Shown: positions 20,437-30,623, numbered from the stretch's first letter. The stretch: 64,000 nt of DNA from Planctomycetota bacterium (GCA_036479435.1 JAZGFI010000243.1:32001-96000), one strand, 5' to 3'. Translations and numbers: made by a program. The notes: generated by a model not told the origin, from the letters alone.

Positions 20437-22092
20437 CTACTCTTGGCCTCTTCCCGTACCGCGCCCGGGCCCGCCACTACCGCCCGGCTTACGTCCGCGG
20501 CCCTGGCGCATCTTTTTTTTGTCGGCGTCACTCATGGAGTCCCAGCGCTTTTGTTGCTCGGGAGTCATCTTGGGGCGCCCCTTCTTCGACTGCTTTCCGT
20601 GAGGGTTGCTTCCCTTCGACTTCGAGGACTGATGCACTTTGCCCTTGCGGGGTTTCGCGGCCTTGGCGAGTGGAATGCGTTCGGAATCCGGCGGGACGGC
20701 CAAAAAGACCTCATCACCTTCGCCGACACCACCTAGGACGTTGACGAGTTCGTCGTTGTGGGCGCCGATTTGGATTTCACGCAGCACCGGTTCGCCGTCA
20801 ATCTTGACGTAGCAAAAACTCTGTGGCCCGTTGCTGTGGACGGCCTGCACTGGAAGGACCAGCACGTTGATGAGATCCTCAATGATGATTTCGGCGGCGC
20901 AGTTCATGCCGGGGCGAAGTCGCATGCCGGGATTGTCGATCGTTACCTTGGTCGAGTAGACCTTCAGGTCCGGGTTGCGATACCAAGATTGTGAATCCGG
21001 CACGCTGGCGATTGATTCGATCCCCCCCTGAATGACCTCGCCGGTGTCTGTTGCGATGATCACGGGCATGTTGAGTTTGACTTGCTCGACCCAGGACTCG
21101 TGCACATCCACGTCAACCCGCACTTGACTCATGTCGGGAATTTCGACGATGGTCTGGCCCTCGCGAACGGTCGACCCGGGCTCAACCGGCTTGCTTTCAC
21201 GGCGGCTACCTTCGCGGCCGTAGATCACAATGCCAGCGCGTTCGGCGACCACCCGGTTGTTGCTGACTTGTTTCTTCAGGCGCTCAAGCTTGATGACCTC
21301 CAACTTGTGCTGGCCGGTTTTCGCTTTGACCTCATTGATTTTCTTGGCGAGTTCGGCGGCTACTTTCGCTCTAACCCGCAAGACTTCGCGTTTGGCTTCC
21401 TCAAGATTGGATTCGAGTTCCACCACGCGCTTTTTGGAGGTGTACTCCTTCAGTACATCGAGTTTCTTGTCGCTCAGAGTCACGTTGATCTTGCCGCGCT
21501 TGACGGCCAGTTCGTCGCTTTCAAGTTTGTCCTTGGAGATATAACCCTTCTCTGCAAGCTCGCGGCTCCACTTCACCGTGTCCGCGGCACGCTTCAGCTC
21601 TTCTTCGGCCAACGTGATGTCGGCTGAGCGTTCGCCCTCTTCGCGCGGCAGATCACCGCGAAGGTATTGCTTTTGATCTAACTCTGCGAACAGCACCGTC
21701 AACTCGGCCTTTTTGACGTCGCTTTCGTTCTGTTGTTTTTGAATCTCAAGCTGCTTTTCAGCATTGAACAGAGCCTGCTCGGCGTTCGAGGTCGAGATCT
21801 CTTGCTGCAAGAGCTTCTCCTCGGCATCGTTCACATCCAAGGTGAACAACAGGTCGCCGACTTCGACCGCCGTACCTTCGCGCACCAATTCCAAAATGAC
21901 GGACTTGCCGGGAATCGGGTTCAGGACCTTAAAGGGGTTCCGGGCCTCGATCGTGCCTTTTTGGCGAATCGAAATCCTCAGATCCTGGCGTTTGACGGTT
22001 TGAGTCTGAAACTCAAAGTTTTCCTCCTGATCGCCACAAGAGGCGAGGAAGGTCACACTCAAGAACAAAGCGATCCAAGTTGCACGGAGCAT
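20437..22092 (-). CDS. Efflux periplasmic adaptor (MacA/HlyD-like) lipoprotein
   Basis: Lipobox LASC, long coiled coil, LRPGMN, LPVQAV; sits between the TolC and ATPase genes. Confidence 0.88.
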   Translation of the reverse strand: MLRATWIALFLSVTFLASCGDQEENFEFQTQTVKRQDLRISIRQKGTIEARNPFKVLNPIPGKSVILELVREGTAVEVGDLLFTLDVNDAEEKLLQQEISTSNAEQALFNAEKQLEIQKQQNESDVKKAELTVLFAELDQKQYLRGDLPREEGERSADITLAEEELKRAADTVKWSRELAEKGYISKDKLESDELAVKRGKINVTLSDKKLDVLKEYTSKKRVVELESNLEEAKREVLRVRAKVAAELAKKINEVKAKTGQHKLEVIKLERLKKQVSNNRVVAERAGIVIYGREGSRRESKPVEPGSTVREGQTIVEIPDMSQVRVDVDVHESWVEQVKLNMPVIIATDTGEVIQGGIESIASVPDSQSWYRNPDLKVYSTKVTIDNPGMRLRPGMNCAAEIIIEDLINVLVLPVQAVHSNGPQSFCYVKIDGEPVLREIQIGAHNDELVNVLGGVGEGDEVFLAVPPDSERIPLAKAAKPRKGKVHQSSKSKGSNPHGKQSKKGRPKMTPEQQKRWDSMSDADKKKMRQGRGRKPGGSGGPGRGTGRGQE

Positions 22093-22094
22093 GC

Positions 22095-23813
22095 TTACTC
22101 CTCCAGTTTCAAAAGCCGTCGGGTGGTCTCTTCATCGATGCCTTGCGGCCCGATGGTGAGGACCCCCATGTCTCGCATCAGCTCAAGGCGAGCGATGCGA
22201 TAATCGATCAACGCGTCGGTTACGGCATTCTGTGCGTCAATCAGGTCGTTTTGTGCGTCAACAAGGTCGATAGTCGTCCCTTCGCCGGCAGCTTTCAAAA
22301 GATTCGCGGCATCCACGTTGGTTTCAGCCACTTTTACCGCCGCGCCTTGGATGCGATTGTCTTCCACTGCCTGGCGCAAATTGCGAAGAGCGGCCCTAAC
22401 CTGTAGCTTGACTTGATCTTCGAACTCTTCGGCATTTCGGCGAGATTGGTCGTAGTTGATCAGGCTGTTGCGGTAGGCATTTCGTTCATCCACCCGCTCA
22501 AAGGGCAAGTCGAGCAAGGCGGAGATGCTGTAGTTGCCATCGCCAAGAAGGTCGATCTTGAAGGTCTCTTCGGCAAAGTCGTTGGAACGCAGTCCCGCGG
22601 TGGCCTGAAAATCGAGGCCTGCTCTCAAAGCATCGATGGCAACAACCACGGTCCGACGTGCATCTTGGACCCGAGCATCGGTGGTGGCGAGATCAAGCCG
22701 GTTCTTCAACCCGTATTTCGTGGCATCCCCTTGCGAGAACTGAAGGTTCTCAGTCCCCGCTTCGCGGAGGCGTTTTAGGTCGATGGGATCGATTTCGAGG
22801 CGCGCGTCAACCGGCAGCCCCAGCGTCAACTTGAACTGATCGAGCGCACTTTCAAACTGCTGCTGAGCCGAGATAAGCCGCGTCTCCGCCGAAAGCACCG
22901 ACTGATTGACTCGCTCCACATCCGTGATCGCGATACGACCGGCCTCGCCAAGGGCACGGTTTTCGACCGCCGTTAGTTCACGGCGTTTCAAGTTGCTTTT
23001 TTCGTTCTCGACGCGTTGCCACGAGCGCAGCAGTTGCAAGTAATTAGAAACAACGCGAACCCCGTAAGTCCGCTTGAAGCGCTCGAAGTCGCGGACCGCG
23101 TAGACGACGTCGCGCTCGGACTGAATGACGTTTTCGTAGGCGATTTCGCGTCCGGCGCCGCGCAAAATTGGCAGCGACAAAGTGAAGTTCAAGAGCGACC
23201 CTGCGACCGATCCGGCGGGGTTGGTCAAAAACCGGGTGAAATCCTCACCGATGTTCAATGAGTAAGAACCGCCACTCTCGATGAGACGGGTGAATCCCAA
23301 AGAGCCGTTTTCTTGCAAAGATGGCGTGGTGTCATTTAAGCCGTCGCCATTGGCGTCGGCACCGACTTCCACCGTCCCAAAATACTGAGAGCTGAAGTTG
23401 TTCCAGTTGCCAGTCAGCGACAAAGCAGAGCCGTAAAGCCGTTCTTTTTCGTCTTGAAACTCGCGGCTGTTTCGGGTGGCGATCAACAGGGCTGTTTCAA
23501 GGTCAACTTTGACCGACTTGCCTCCCCGCGCCAGGCGTTCGGCGGGGCCGGGCTGGCTGTCGTCTGGCCTTGGGAACAACAGGCCATCACGAAGCCGCGG
23601 TCCCATCGAGTCGATCGTGAAAGCGGGATCTGCCGCCTGCCCGGCCACTTTGCGAGCCTCGCCAATGATGGCATAACTTTCCTTGTCGGCCTCGGCGAGG
23701 TGCTCCTCGGGAGTCTTGCAGGAAACCGTCATGGCAAAGACGGCAACCCCAAACCACGCGACGAGTCGAAAACCCGGTCCGAAGCTCCCCGCTCCGGATT
23801 CGAACCATTTCAT
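22095..23813 (-). CDS. TolC-family outer-membrane protein (start uncertain)
   Basis: Lipobox-like MTVSC; OEP-like helical repeats (DLVDAQNDL...ARLEL); first gene of the exporter operon. Confidence 0.8.
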   Translation of the reverse strand: MKWFESGAGSFGPGFRLVAWFGVAVFAMTVSCKTPEEHLAEADKESYAIIGEARKVAGQAADPAFTIDSMGPRLRDGLLFPRPDDSQPGPAERLARGGKSVKVDLETALLIATRNSREFQDEKERLYGSALSLTGNWNNFSSQYFGTVEVGADANGDGLNDTTPSLQENGSLGFTRLIESGGSYSLNIGEDFTRFLTNPAGSVAGSLLNFTLSLPILRGAGREIAYENVIQSERDVVYAVRDFERFKRTYGVRVVSNYLQLLRSWQRVENEKSNLKRRELTAVENRALGEAGRIAITDVERVNQSVLSAETRLISAQQQFESALDQFKLTLGLPVDARLEIDPIDLKRLREAGTENLQFSQGDATKYGLKNRLDLATTDARVQDARRTVVVAIDALRAGLDFQATAGLRSNDFAEETFKIDLLGDGNYSISALLDLPFERVDERNAYRNSLINYDQSRRNAEEFEDQVKLQVRAALRNLRQAVEDNRIQGAAVKVAETNVDAANLLKAAGEGTTIDLVDAQNDLIDAQNAVTDALIDYRIARLELMRDMGVLTIGPQGIDEETTRRLLKLEE

Positions 23814-24057
23814 TGCGAAACCCCTGGCGCCCGGAAGGCCTTTGAGTCGATCTGAATCGTCTCGCAAGGTCGTCCACTCATTCGAAACTTTTTGATCGTT
23901 CAAAACGGCAAGCAAAGCCGAGAACTACACTTCATTCTCGCCACCACGCTCTACGCCAGAGCTGCCAAAAGCATTCGCTCAATTCTCGCAAGATCCCGGC
24001 GCGCGGAGTCTTAGCCTGCTTTTGCCCCTGCCTTCAAGCATTTGTCCTGAGACAAAG

Positions 24058-25092
24058 CTATTGAGAACTATTCTCAACGCCGCGCAGGCGCTCGAACAAA
24101 GCCACGCACAAGATCGGCAAGGCAATGGTGGCATCGCAGCTGACTTCGGCGAAACAGGCACCAGGGCCATACTTCCCCCAGGATTTGCTCTCACTCATCG
24201 TGCAGCCCGACATCCCGCCGTAGACGACGTTGTCGGTGCAAATCCGAACGCCAAAGTCATAGCCCGGAAAAATCTCGTCCTCGATCATGTCCAGGAGCGG
24301 GAAAACTTGTTGCGCCCAATTTCTTGGCACGCCGCCGCCCACGATAATAGTGCCCCGCTCGGCGTGGCTTTTGATCCACTCCGCCATTTCAAACAAGTCG
24401 AGCTGCTCGTCCAGGACCAAGTTGAGCCAACCTCGATGCCGAAATTTGGCGAGATTCAGGCAAAACTCAGAATCACTGGTCGCGCCGCAGAAGATCGGCG
24501 TCTCCGTCTCGTAGGCCACTGACATCATCGACCGATATCCGCGTTCCGATAGCCCCGCCCCGGTGAGTCGAAAGACCTCACTAGGCGCCAAGAGCATGGC
24601 GCCGGGCACAGCCTTTTTGCTGTGCTCAGCTTGAATCGGTCGCCAGATCTCGTCCAAGAGTTCTTCGCCAGCTCCGTAGTTTTCCTCCGGCAAATTGGTG
24701 TCGTAGATGCGGTTGATGCGGTGCCGATAGAGCTCGTCATCGTCGGCATTGGGGTCACCGAGGTAGTGCCCGTGCCCTCCCTTGGCCGCATTGACCATGT
24801 CGTGGCTGATGTTCGCGCCGGTCGAGACAATGGCCTGAATGACGCCACGTTCCATAAGGCGGCATACGATCTCACCCATACCGGCCGGAATCATCGCTCC
24901 CGCAAAGGTCAAGACCACGCCGCATTGCTTACGGGTTGCCATCGTCTCCAAAACGTCCAAGGCGATCGACAGGGCCCGCCCTTGGAAGCTGCAATCACCA
25001 AGAGCGGTCAAGATGTCATTGGCGGACCGCGCCTTCTCGGGATCAAAGGGGATGACGGGTCGTGCGGTGTGTTTGGCCGGGCGATCGTTCAC
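24058..25092 (-). CDS. Deoxyhypusine synthase family protein
   Basis: STGANISHD, GGGVPRN, GGMSGCT..ESKSWGK (catalytic Lys), DATIALP. Confidence 0.9.
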   Translation of the reverse strand: MNDRPAKHTARPVIPFDPEKARSANDILTALGDCSFQGRALSIALDVLETMATRKQCGVVLTFAGAMIPAGMGEIVCRLMERGVIQAIVSTGANISHDMVNAAKGGHGHYLGDPNADDDELYRHRINRIYDTNLPEENYGAGEELLDEIWRPIQAEHSKKAVPGAMLLAPSEVFRLTGAGLSERGYRSMMSVAYETETPIFCGATSDSEFCLNLAKFRHRGWLNLVLDEQLDLFEMAEWIKSHAERGTIIVGGGVPRNWAQQVFPLLDMIEDEIFPGYDFGVRICTDNVVYGGMSGCTMSESKSWGKYGPGACFAEVSCDATIALPILCVALFERLRGVENSSQ

Positions 25093-25703
25093 AGACTAGA
25101 CCTCTCAGAAGAAGCAAAGAACAGTTTGTCCCAGCCCAAGCGCCGCAATGCCGCGGCAAGCTCGAACATGGGCAGTCCGAGGACAGTAAAGTGGCTGCCC
25201 TTGATCCCGCGCAGAATGTGAATGCCGCGGTCTTCAAGTCGGTAGCCTCCGGCGCAGCCGATTCCCTCTCTCGTGGCGGCGTACGCGAGCAGCTCCTCTT
25301 CGCTCAGGTCGTAAAGCTGTACTTCAGCGTGGCAGACTTCTTCATGCACGACTTTCCGCCCCCGAACCAAGGCCAGGCCACAGTGAAAACGATGGGATTT
25401 TCCGTTGATGAGGCGTAATTGATCGCGCAGCGCCTCATCCGATTCAGGTTTTGATCGGACCTCGCCTTCGAAGGCAAAAACTTGGTCTGACCCGAGCACC
25501 AAAGCGTCGGGGAATTGGCTGGCGACCTCGAGGGCTTTGTCACGAGCCAAGATTGCCGCGCGGCGGTCGGGGTCGGACTCTATGCAGGCTTCCTCATCGA
25601 GCGTCGCCGCCACCGCTGTGAACTCATAGCCAGCGGCCTTTAGCAAGTCCTTGCGAATCTGAGATCCTGAGGCCAACACGAAATTCTTGGGAGCTTGATC
25701 CAT
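25089..25703 (-). CDS. maf: Maf-family nucleoside triphosphate pyrophosphatase (YceF-like)
   Basis: LASGSxxR, GSDQV, KP, CAGGYRLE, LGLP. Confidence 0.88.
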   Translation of the reverse strand: MDQAPKNFVLASGSQIRKDLLKAAGYEFTAVAATLDEEACIESDPDRRAAILARDKALEVASQFPDALVLGSDQVFAFEGEVRSKPESDEALRDQLRLINGKSHRFHCGLALVRGRKVVHEEVCHAEVQLYDLSEEELLAYAATREGIGCAGGYRLEDRGIHILRGIKGSHFTVLGLPMFELAAALRRLGWDKLFFASSERSSL

Positions 25704-25804
25704 ACCTTCTTGCACCTTGTCTGTGACCCCGGGCCAGGGCATTCTGTTCCCGGGCAGCAGCGCCGTCAACGCGAACTGCCAAAGTCGGGGGGAGAGAACA
25801 GTCA

Positions 25805-26905
25805 ATGGGTCAGCAACGTCACCGCCACCGCCACCGCCATACCGTGGCCATCAACACCGGGGGTGGCGATTGCCCGGGCCTCAATGCCGTCATCCGTGCG
25901 GTCGTGAAGCGCGGGCAGCTTGAGCTGGGTTGGAAGATCATCGGGATCGAAGACTCCTTTGATGGCCTCCTCAGCGACGAAATGCGGGTGCGCGAACTCG
26001 ACCGCGCCAGCATTGCCGGCGCCTTGACCAAAGGTGGCACGATTCTCGGCAGTACCAACCGCGGCAATCCCTTTAGGTACGGTCGCAGGGATGGCAACGC
26101 CATCGACCTTTCAAAGCGCGTCGCAACCAGGCTTAAGGAACTCGGCTGTGAAGGCCTCATCGCTCTGGGCGGAGACGGCACGATGGCCATTTGCCACGAG
26201 CTGTCTCAGCGCACGGGGGTCAAGATCGTGGGTGTCCCCAAGACCATCGACAACGACCTGACCGGCACTGACACCACTTTTGGGTTTAACAGCGCCGTCG
26301 AGTTCGCGACCCAGGCTGTCGACCGCTTACACAGCACCGCTGAGAGCCACGATCGTATCATGGTGGTTGAGGTCATGGGTCGCAACGCAGGGTTCATTGC
26401 CCTTCACTGCGGGGTCGCGGGCGGGGCCGACGCCATTCTAATCCCCGAGGTACCCTTTGACCTGCGCGCGGTTGCCAACAAAATTCTAGAACGCAAGGCC
26501 ATGGGGCGCTACTTTTCGATCATCGTGGTTTCGGAGGGAGCGCGCGCCAAAGGTAGCGAGCCGTCCGATTCCAAAAGCCTTCGCCTCCGCAGTATCGGCC
26601 GCAGCGTCGCCGCCGAGCTGTCGGAGATGACGGGAATCGAATCGCGCGACACCGTGCTGGGCTATTTGCTCCGCGGCGGCATCCCCTCGGCTTACGACCG
26701 CATCTTGGCAACGCGCCTGGGGAATCACGCCTGTAGCTTGGTCGAAGCTGGAAACTGGGATCGCATGGTCGCCATCCACGCGAACGAAATGTCGAGCGTT
26801 TCGCTCGTTGAAGCCGCCAGCGGCACCAAGCAAGTCGACCTTGGTGGCGATCTGGTGGCTACCGCGCGAGGGGTCGGGATCGTCTTTGGAGATGAGGAAA
26901 TCTAG
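25805..26905 (+). CDS. pfkA: 6-phosphofructokinase (clade III type, probably ATP-dependent)
   Basis: TGGGDCPGLNAVIR, GGDGT, PKTIDND, EVMGR. Confidence 0.9.
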   Translation: MGQQRHRHRHRHTVAINTGGGDCPGLNAVIRAVVKRGQLELGWKIIGIEDSFDGLLSDEMRVRELDRASIAGALTKGGTILGSTNRGNPFRYGRRDGNAIDLSKRVATRLKELGCEGLIALGGDGTMAICHELSQRTGVKIVGVPKTIDNDLTGTDTTFGFNSAVEFATQAVDRLHSTAESHDRIMVVEVMGRNAGFIALHCGVAGGADAILIPEVPFDLRAVANKILERKAMGRYFSIIVVSEGARAKGSEPSDSKSLRLRSIGRSVAAELSEMTGIESRDTVLGYLLRGGIPSAYDRILATRLGNHACSLVEAGNWDRMVAIHANEMSSVSLVEAASGTKQVDLGGDLVATARGVGIVFGDEEI

Positions 26906-26906
26906 C

Positions 26907-27482
26907 ATGAACACTTGTCGCCAACCTGTATCCCTGGTGTTTTTGGCCCTGCTGTTTGCCGTCGCGCTTTGTGCCTCTTGCGGCAAAAAAGAAGAATCCG
27001 ACGCCGAACCAAAAATGCAGAATGGTTCTGCAGGTTCATCCCAGCCCACGGGGAAGAAGGATAAGCTCAAGGCCCCGGCGCGCGGACCCAATGAGCCCGA
27101 TCGCGTCACCCTAAAGTTACTGGTCTTGCCCTGCGAAGGCGGTCGTTTGGGACTCGTCGAACCCAGGCCGACTAGTTTTGAAGCACGAGCACTCGCCGCA
27201 TCGCTCAAGACAAGCCTCGAGACTAGCGATGATGTGTCCGCCGAGTTCGACACCCTCGCCTTGCAATACTCAGCTGACCCGGATGTGAAGACCTCTAAAG
27301 GTATTCGCACCCTCACCAACTGGGGCGTCGAACCCGACACCGACAACCATGAACGGGCCCGCGCCGCGATGCCAGCGATTGCGGATCAAGCTTTCAAAAT
27401 GCCAGTTGGAAGCATCGCCATCATTGATCTGGACGAAAAGATGAACCCCCTTGGCATCGTCTTGGTGTTCCGCAGCAAGTAA
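26907..27482 (+). CDS. Lipoprotein with parvulin/rotamase-like PPIase domain
   Basis: Lipobox LCASC; FDTLALQYSADP...AFKMPVG...GIVLVFR. Confidence 0.65.
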   Translation: MNTCRQPVSLVFLALLFAVALCASCGKKEESDAEPKMQNGSAGSSQPTGKKDKLKAPARGPNEPDRVTLKLLVLPCEGGRLGLVEPRPTSFEARALAASLKTSLETSDDVSAEFDTLALQYSADPDVKTSKGIRTLTNWGVEPDTDNHERARAAMPAIADQAFKMPVGSIAIIDLDEKMNPLGIVLVFRSK

Positions 27483-27502
27483 CCGCTTAGAGCCTGAGCC
27501 AC

Positions 27503-28216
27503 ATGAATCAAGAAAGCAAACGCGAGCGATCCTCATGGACGCGCGTCTTCGAGTTGTTCCGCGACGGTCAGCGCCTCGAAAGCGTCATGTCCGGGTGGCG
27601 CGTCACCGAAGAACAGATCGCCGAGTATCTCATCGCGGGGCACCGCGCGGGGGAGAAAGTCGAGCCGGCTTGGGTCTTGCCACCCAAAATCCGCGACCGC
27701 GTCATGGAGTTCATCCAAGGCCGCGCAGACCTCAGCCCGACGCAGATCTCCAGTATGGTGCAAGGTCGGGTGAAGCCCGCGATCATCCGTGCCTTGCGTC
27801 AAATTTCGCAGGGCATGAGCTTCGATACCCGTCTTTACAACGAGTCGACTTTCTTCGAGAAATTCCACGACGACCTCGCCGGAGCGACCCGAGAGATCAT
27901 CGTTGTCGCCAGCGAGATCAAGGGCCAACACTGGCGCAAGCACGCCGCCGCCTTTTTGGGCCTTGTGCGCCGCGAGGGCCAGGTTGGATTCTTCTCCGGC
28001 CGTATTTCGGAGCTACTTGAGGATTCTCTTCGCGATGCCGGTATTGTGCTCATCGAAAAGCACTCACATGCGAACTTAGTACTCATCGACAATCAGATTC
28101 TTTGGGAGGGCAGCATGAACTTCCTTCTACCGCCTCAAGGAGACGAGCATGTCCGCCGCAGCGAGAGTCGCCTTCAAGTCGAGGAAGTGAAGGATCTAAA
28201 CGATCTGTTCCTTTAG
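27503..28216 (+). CDS. HTH_40-like domain fused to a degenerate PLD-like domain
   Basis: N-terminal VFELFRDG...IAEYL...GEKVE; C-terminal LYNESTFFEKFHDDL...HANLVLIDNQILWEGSMNFL. Confidence 0.65.
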   Translation: MNQESKRERSSWTRVFELFRDGQRLESVMSGWRVTEEQIAEYLIAGHRAGEKVEPAWVLPPKIRDRVMEFIQGRADLSPTQISSMVQGRVKPAIIRALRQISQGMSFDTRLYNESTFFEKFHDDLAGATREIIVVASEIKGQHWRKHAAAFLGLVRREGQVGFFSGRISELLEDSLRDAGIVLIEKHSHANLVLIDNQILWEGSMNFLLPPQGDEHVRRSESRLQVEEVKDLNDLFL

Positions 28217-28394
28217 GGCTCAGTCAAGAATAGCTTCACATTCTCGCCGCTCAGCATCACGCCATCTTCGGTCCGTGCTCAATCGCGAGAATCCTCGAAT
28301 ACAGGAAGTATGCTGCGGTTCTCGCTCAATCGCCCGAACCGAATCTGACGCAAATCTGAGTGCGAACTCTGCGAACTTATTCTTGACCGAGCCC
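28216..28394. mobile_element. 179-bp MITE with 17-bp terminal inverted repeats and TTA target duplication
   Basis: GGGCTCAGTCAAGAATA (28216-28232) and TATTCTTGACCGAGCCC (28378-28394) match 16/17; TTA on both flanks; partial second copy ends at 44443. Confidence 0.8.
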
Positions 28395-28470
28395 TTAGTT
28401 GGTGGGTCGCCAAGCAAATTCGTGACATAATCCCAAGCTCTACCGATCCCCGCCGCCGAGGAGTTGCCCT

Positions 28471-29502
28471 TTGGAACAGCCCTACTCCAACACTTTCGCC
28501 GAAACCAGCATGGTTTCGCTGCAAGAGCACATCATGGATCAGCAGGCCCACCACCCCACCGCCACGGGTGATTTTACCTTTTTGTTGTCCGGCATCGCCA
28601 AGGCGACACGCTTCATATCGGCAAAAGTTCGGCGCGCGGGATTGGTCGACATCCTCGGTGCGACCGGTGATGTCAACGTCCAAGACGAAGAAGTCCAAAA
28701 ACTCGACATCTTCGCCAACGACTTGTTGATCAAATGCCTCGCCTACCGTGGCAATGTCGGCATCCTCGCCAGCGAAGAAAACGAAGAGCCAGTGGTGCTG
28801 CACAACGCGGGAGCTAACGGCCGCTACATCGTCCTTTTTGATCCGCTTGACGGTTCAAGCAACATCGATGTGAACGCCACCGTGGGCACCATTTTTTCGA
28901 TCCTAAAACGGCAAGAACCTGGTTTCGGAGAGCGCGACGCGATGACGGACCTCCTCCAGCCAGGGGTCAAGCAAATAGCTGCGGGCTATGTCATCTACGG
29001 GTCGGCGACGGTCTTTTGCTACACGACCGGTCAAGGCGTTCATCTGTTCACTTTAGACCCAACAACGGGCACCTACATTCTCCACGCCGAAAACCGAAAG
29101 ATGCCCGACCGCGGCGCCATTTATTCGGTAAATGAAGCGAACTTCCCAACCTTTCCCGCCGAAATCCAGGCCTACCTGAAGGCTGTCAAGAGCGGTAAAG
29201 AACACAGCTACACCTCGCGCTACATTGGTTCTTTCGTCGCGGACTTCCACCGCACCCTGCTAAAAGGCGGCGTCTTTCTTTATCCGACGACTCAAAAAGC
29301 ACCGGGCGGAAAACTCCGCCTCTTGTACGAAGCCAATCCCATGGCTTTCATCGCCGAACAAGCGGGCGGTTTGGCTACCGACGGCAAACAACGCATTCTC
29401 GACATCATGCCCAGCGCTCTGCACCAAAGGACGCCGCTCATCATCGGCTCCAAGGACGACGTCAACGATGCGATTGCTTTTTGCTCAGGAGAACGCAAGT
29501 AA
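28471..29502 (+). CDS. fbp: Fructose-1,6-bisphosphatase class 1
   Basis: QKLD, SEE, FDPLDGSSNID, RYIGSFVADFHRTL, GKLRLLYEANP; GAGGAG RBS before TTG. Confidence 0.95.
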   Translation: MEQPYSNTFAETSMVSLQEHIMDQQAHHPTATGDFTFLLSGIAKATRFISAKVRRAGLVDILGATGDVNVQDEEVQKLDIFANDLLIKCLAYRGNVGILASEENEEPVVLHNAGANGRYIVLFDPLDGSSNIDVNATVGTIFSILKRQEPGFGERDAMTDLLQPGVKQIAAGYVIYGSATVFCYTTGQGVHLFTLDPTTGTYILHAENRKMPDRGAIYSVNEANFPTFPAEIQAYLKAVKSGKEHSYTSRYIGSFVADFHRTLLKGGVFLYPTTQKAPGGKLRLLYEANPMAFIAEQAGGLATDGKQRILDIMPSALHQRTPLIIGSKDDVNDAIAFCSGERK

Positions 29503-29523
29503 CGGCGCAACGCTCTAAAGCCA

Positions 29524-30585
29524 TTACTTGTCTTCGGACCAGCGCTCGTTGGCTTTGCGGTAATCATCGGGCAGACCGATGTCGCACCAGTACTCGTACA
29601 TGGGGAAGGCCTCGACGCGATCGCCACTGGCGATCAAGTCTTGGATGAGCATGGTCATGTCGAGGTATCGCTTGGCGGGGATGCGCCCGACGATCTCACC
29701 CTGCATGAGGTAGATGCCGGCGTTGGTCCACCAAGTCGCGAGCGGTTTTTCTTGGAGCGAAGCCACGCGGTCGCCAACGAGTTGAAGGACCCCGTAAGGC
29801 ACTGCGTGGTGATAAGCGCGGGTAGCAACGGTGACGGCATTCGATGCACGATGATGGGCCAAAGCGAAAGCGGCAAGATCAAGTTCGGACATGACGTCGC
29901 CGTTCATGACCAACAAAGGCTCATCTTCAGCTCGCTCCAACATGCCCATCGCCCCGGCCGTTCCGAGCGGTTTTTCTTCGCGGAGATATTGGATCTTGAG
30001 TCCGAACTCGGCGCCGTCCGCGAAATAAGACTCGATTTGTTCCGCCCGGTATCCGAGCGCCATGCTGACTTCCTGGACGCCGTATTTCGCAAGCTGCCGG
30101 ACGATGTGTTCGAGGATCGGTCGACCCCCGATGGGCAATAAGGGTTTCGGCGTTTGCTCGGTAAGCGGACGCAATCGCTGCCCCTCTCCCCCGACCATGA
30201 GTATCGCGCGCCTCACCTGTGATACCGCAGAAAACAGCCCCTTTCGGTCTTGGCAGGCAACGAGTCGCCCCTCCTCAACTTGGACCAAATAGTCCTCGCC
30301 GCTGCTGTCGAGAGCTTTGCGAGCCTCATCAGGAGCGAGCTCGCAGGCAGCAACCTGCGCCGGCTGTACCATGACATCTCGCAGCGAGGCTCCCATCGGC
30401 AAGCCTGCGCGCATCGCGCGACGAAGCTCAGCGTCACCAATTAAGCCTTGGAACTGGCCAGAGTCGTCGGCCACCGCGAGCAAGGGATTTCCCTGATCAA
30501 AGACCCTCTTGGCGTCAGCGAGGGTGCCAGCTTGGTTGATCTGAGTGATGGGGCTCATAGTTTCTCTATCGGTTGCCAGGGGCAC
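29524..30585 (-). CDS. CBS-domain sugar-phosphate nucleotidyltransferase
   Basis: N-terminal CBS pair; GGEGQRLRPLT..PKPLL, EEKPLGTAG, NGD, WCDIG. Confidence 0.88.
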   Translation of the reverse strand: MPLATDRETMSPITQINQAGTLADAKRVFDQGNPLLAVADDSGQFQGLIGDAELRRAMRAGLPMGASLRDVMVQPAQVAACELAPDEARKALDSSGEDYLVQVEEGRLVACQDRKGLFSAVSQVRRAILMVGGEGQRLRPLTEQTPKPLLPIGGRPILEHIVRQLAKYGVQEVSMALGYRAEQIESYFADGAEFGLKIQYLREEKPLGTAGAMGMLERAEDEPLLVMNGDVMSELDLAAFALAHHRASNAVTVATRAYHHAVPYGVLQLVGDRVASLQEKPLATWWTNAGIYLMQGEIVGRIPAKRYLDMTMLIQDLIASGDRVEAFPMYEYWCDIGLPDDYRKANERWSEDK

Positions 30586-30623
30586 ATCATAGAATCCACA
30601 AGAGTTTGGCCCAGGAATCTGCC

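Noticed and set aside
25817..25845. CGCCAC hexamer repeat at the pfk start (RHRHRHRH)
   Set aside because: In-frame, only about three units; no evidence of function or phase variation.
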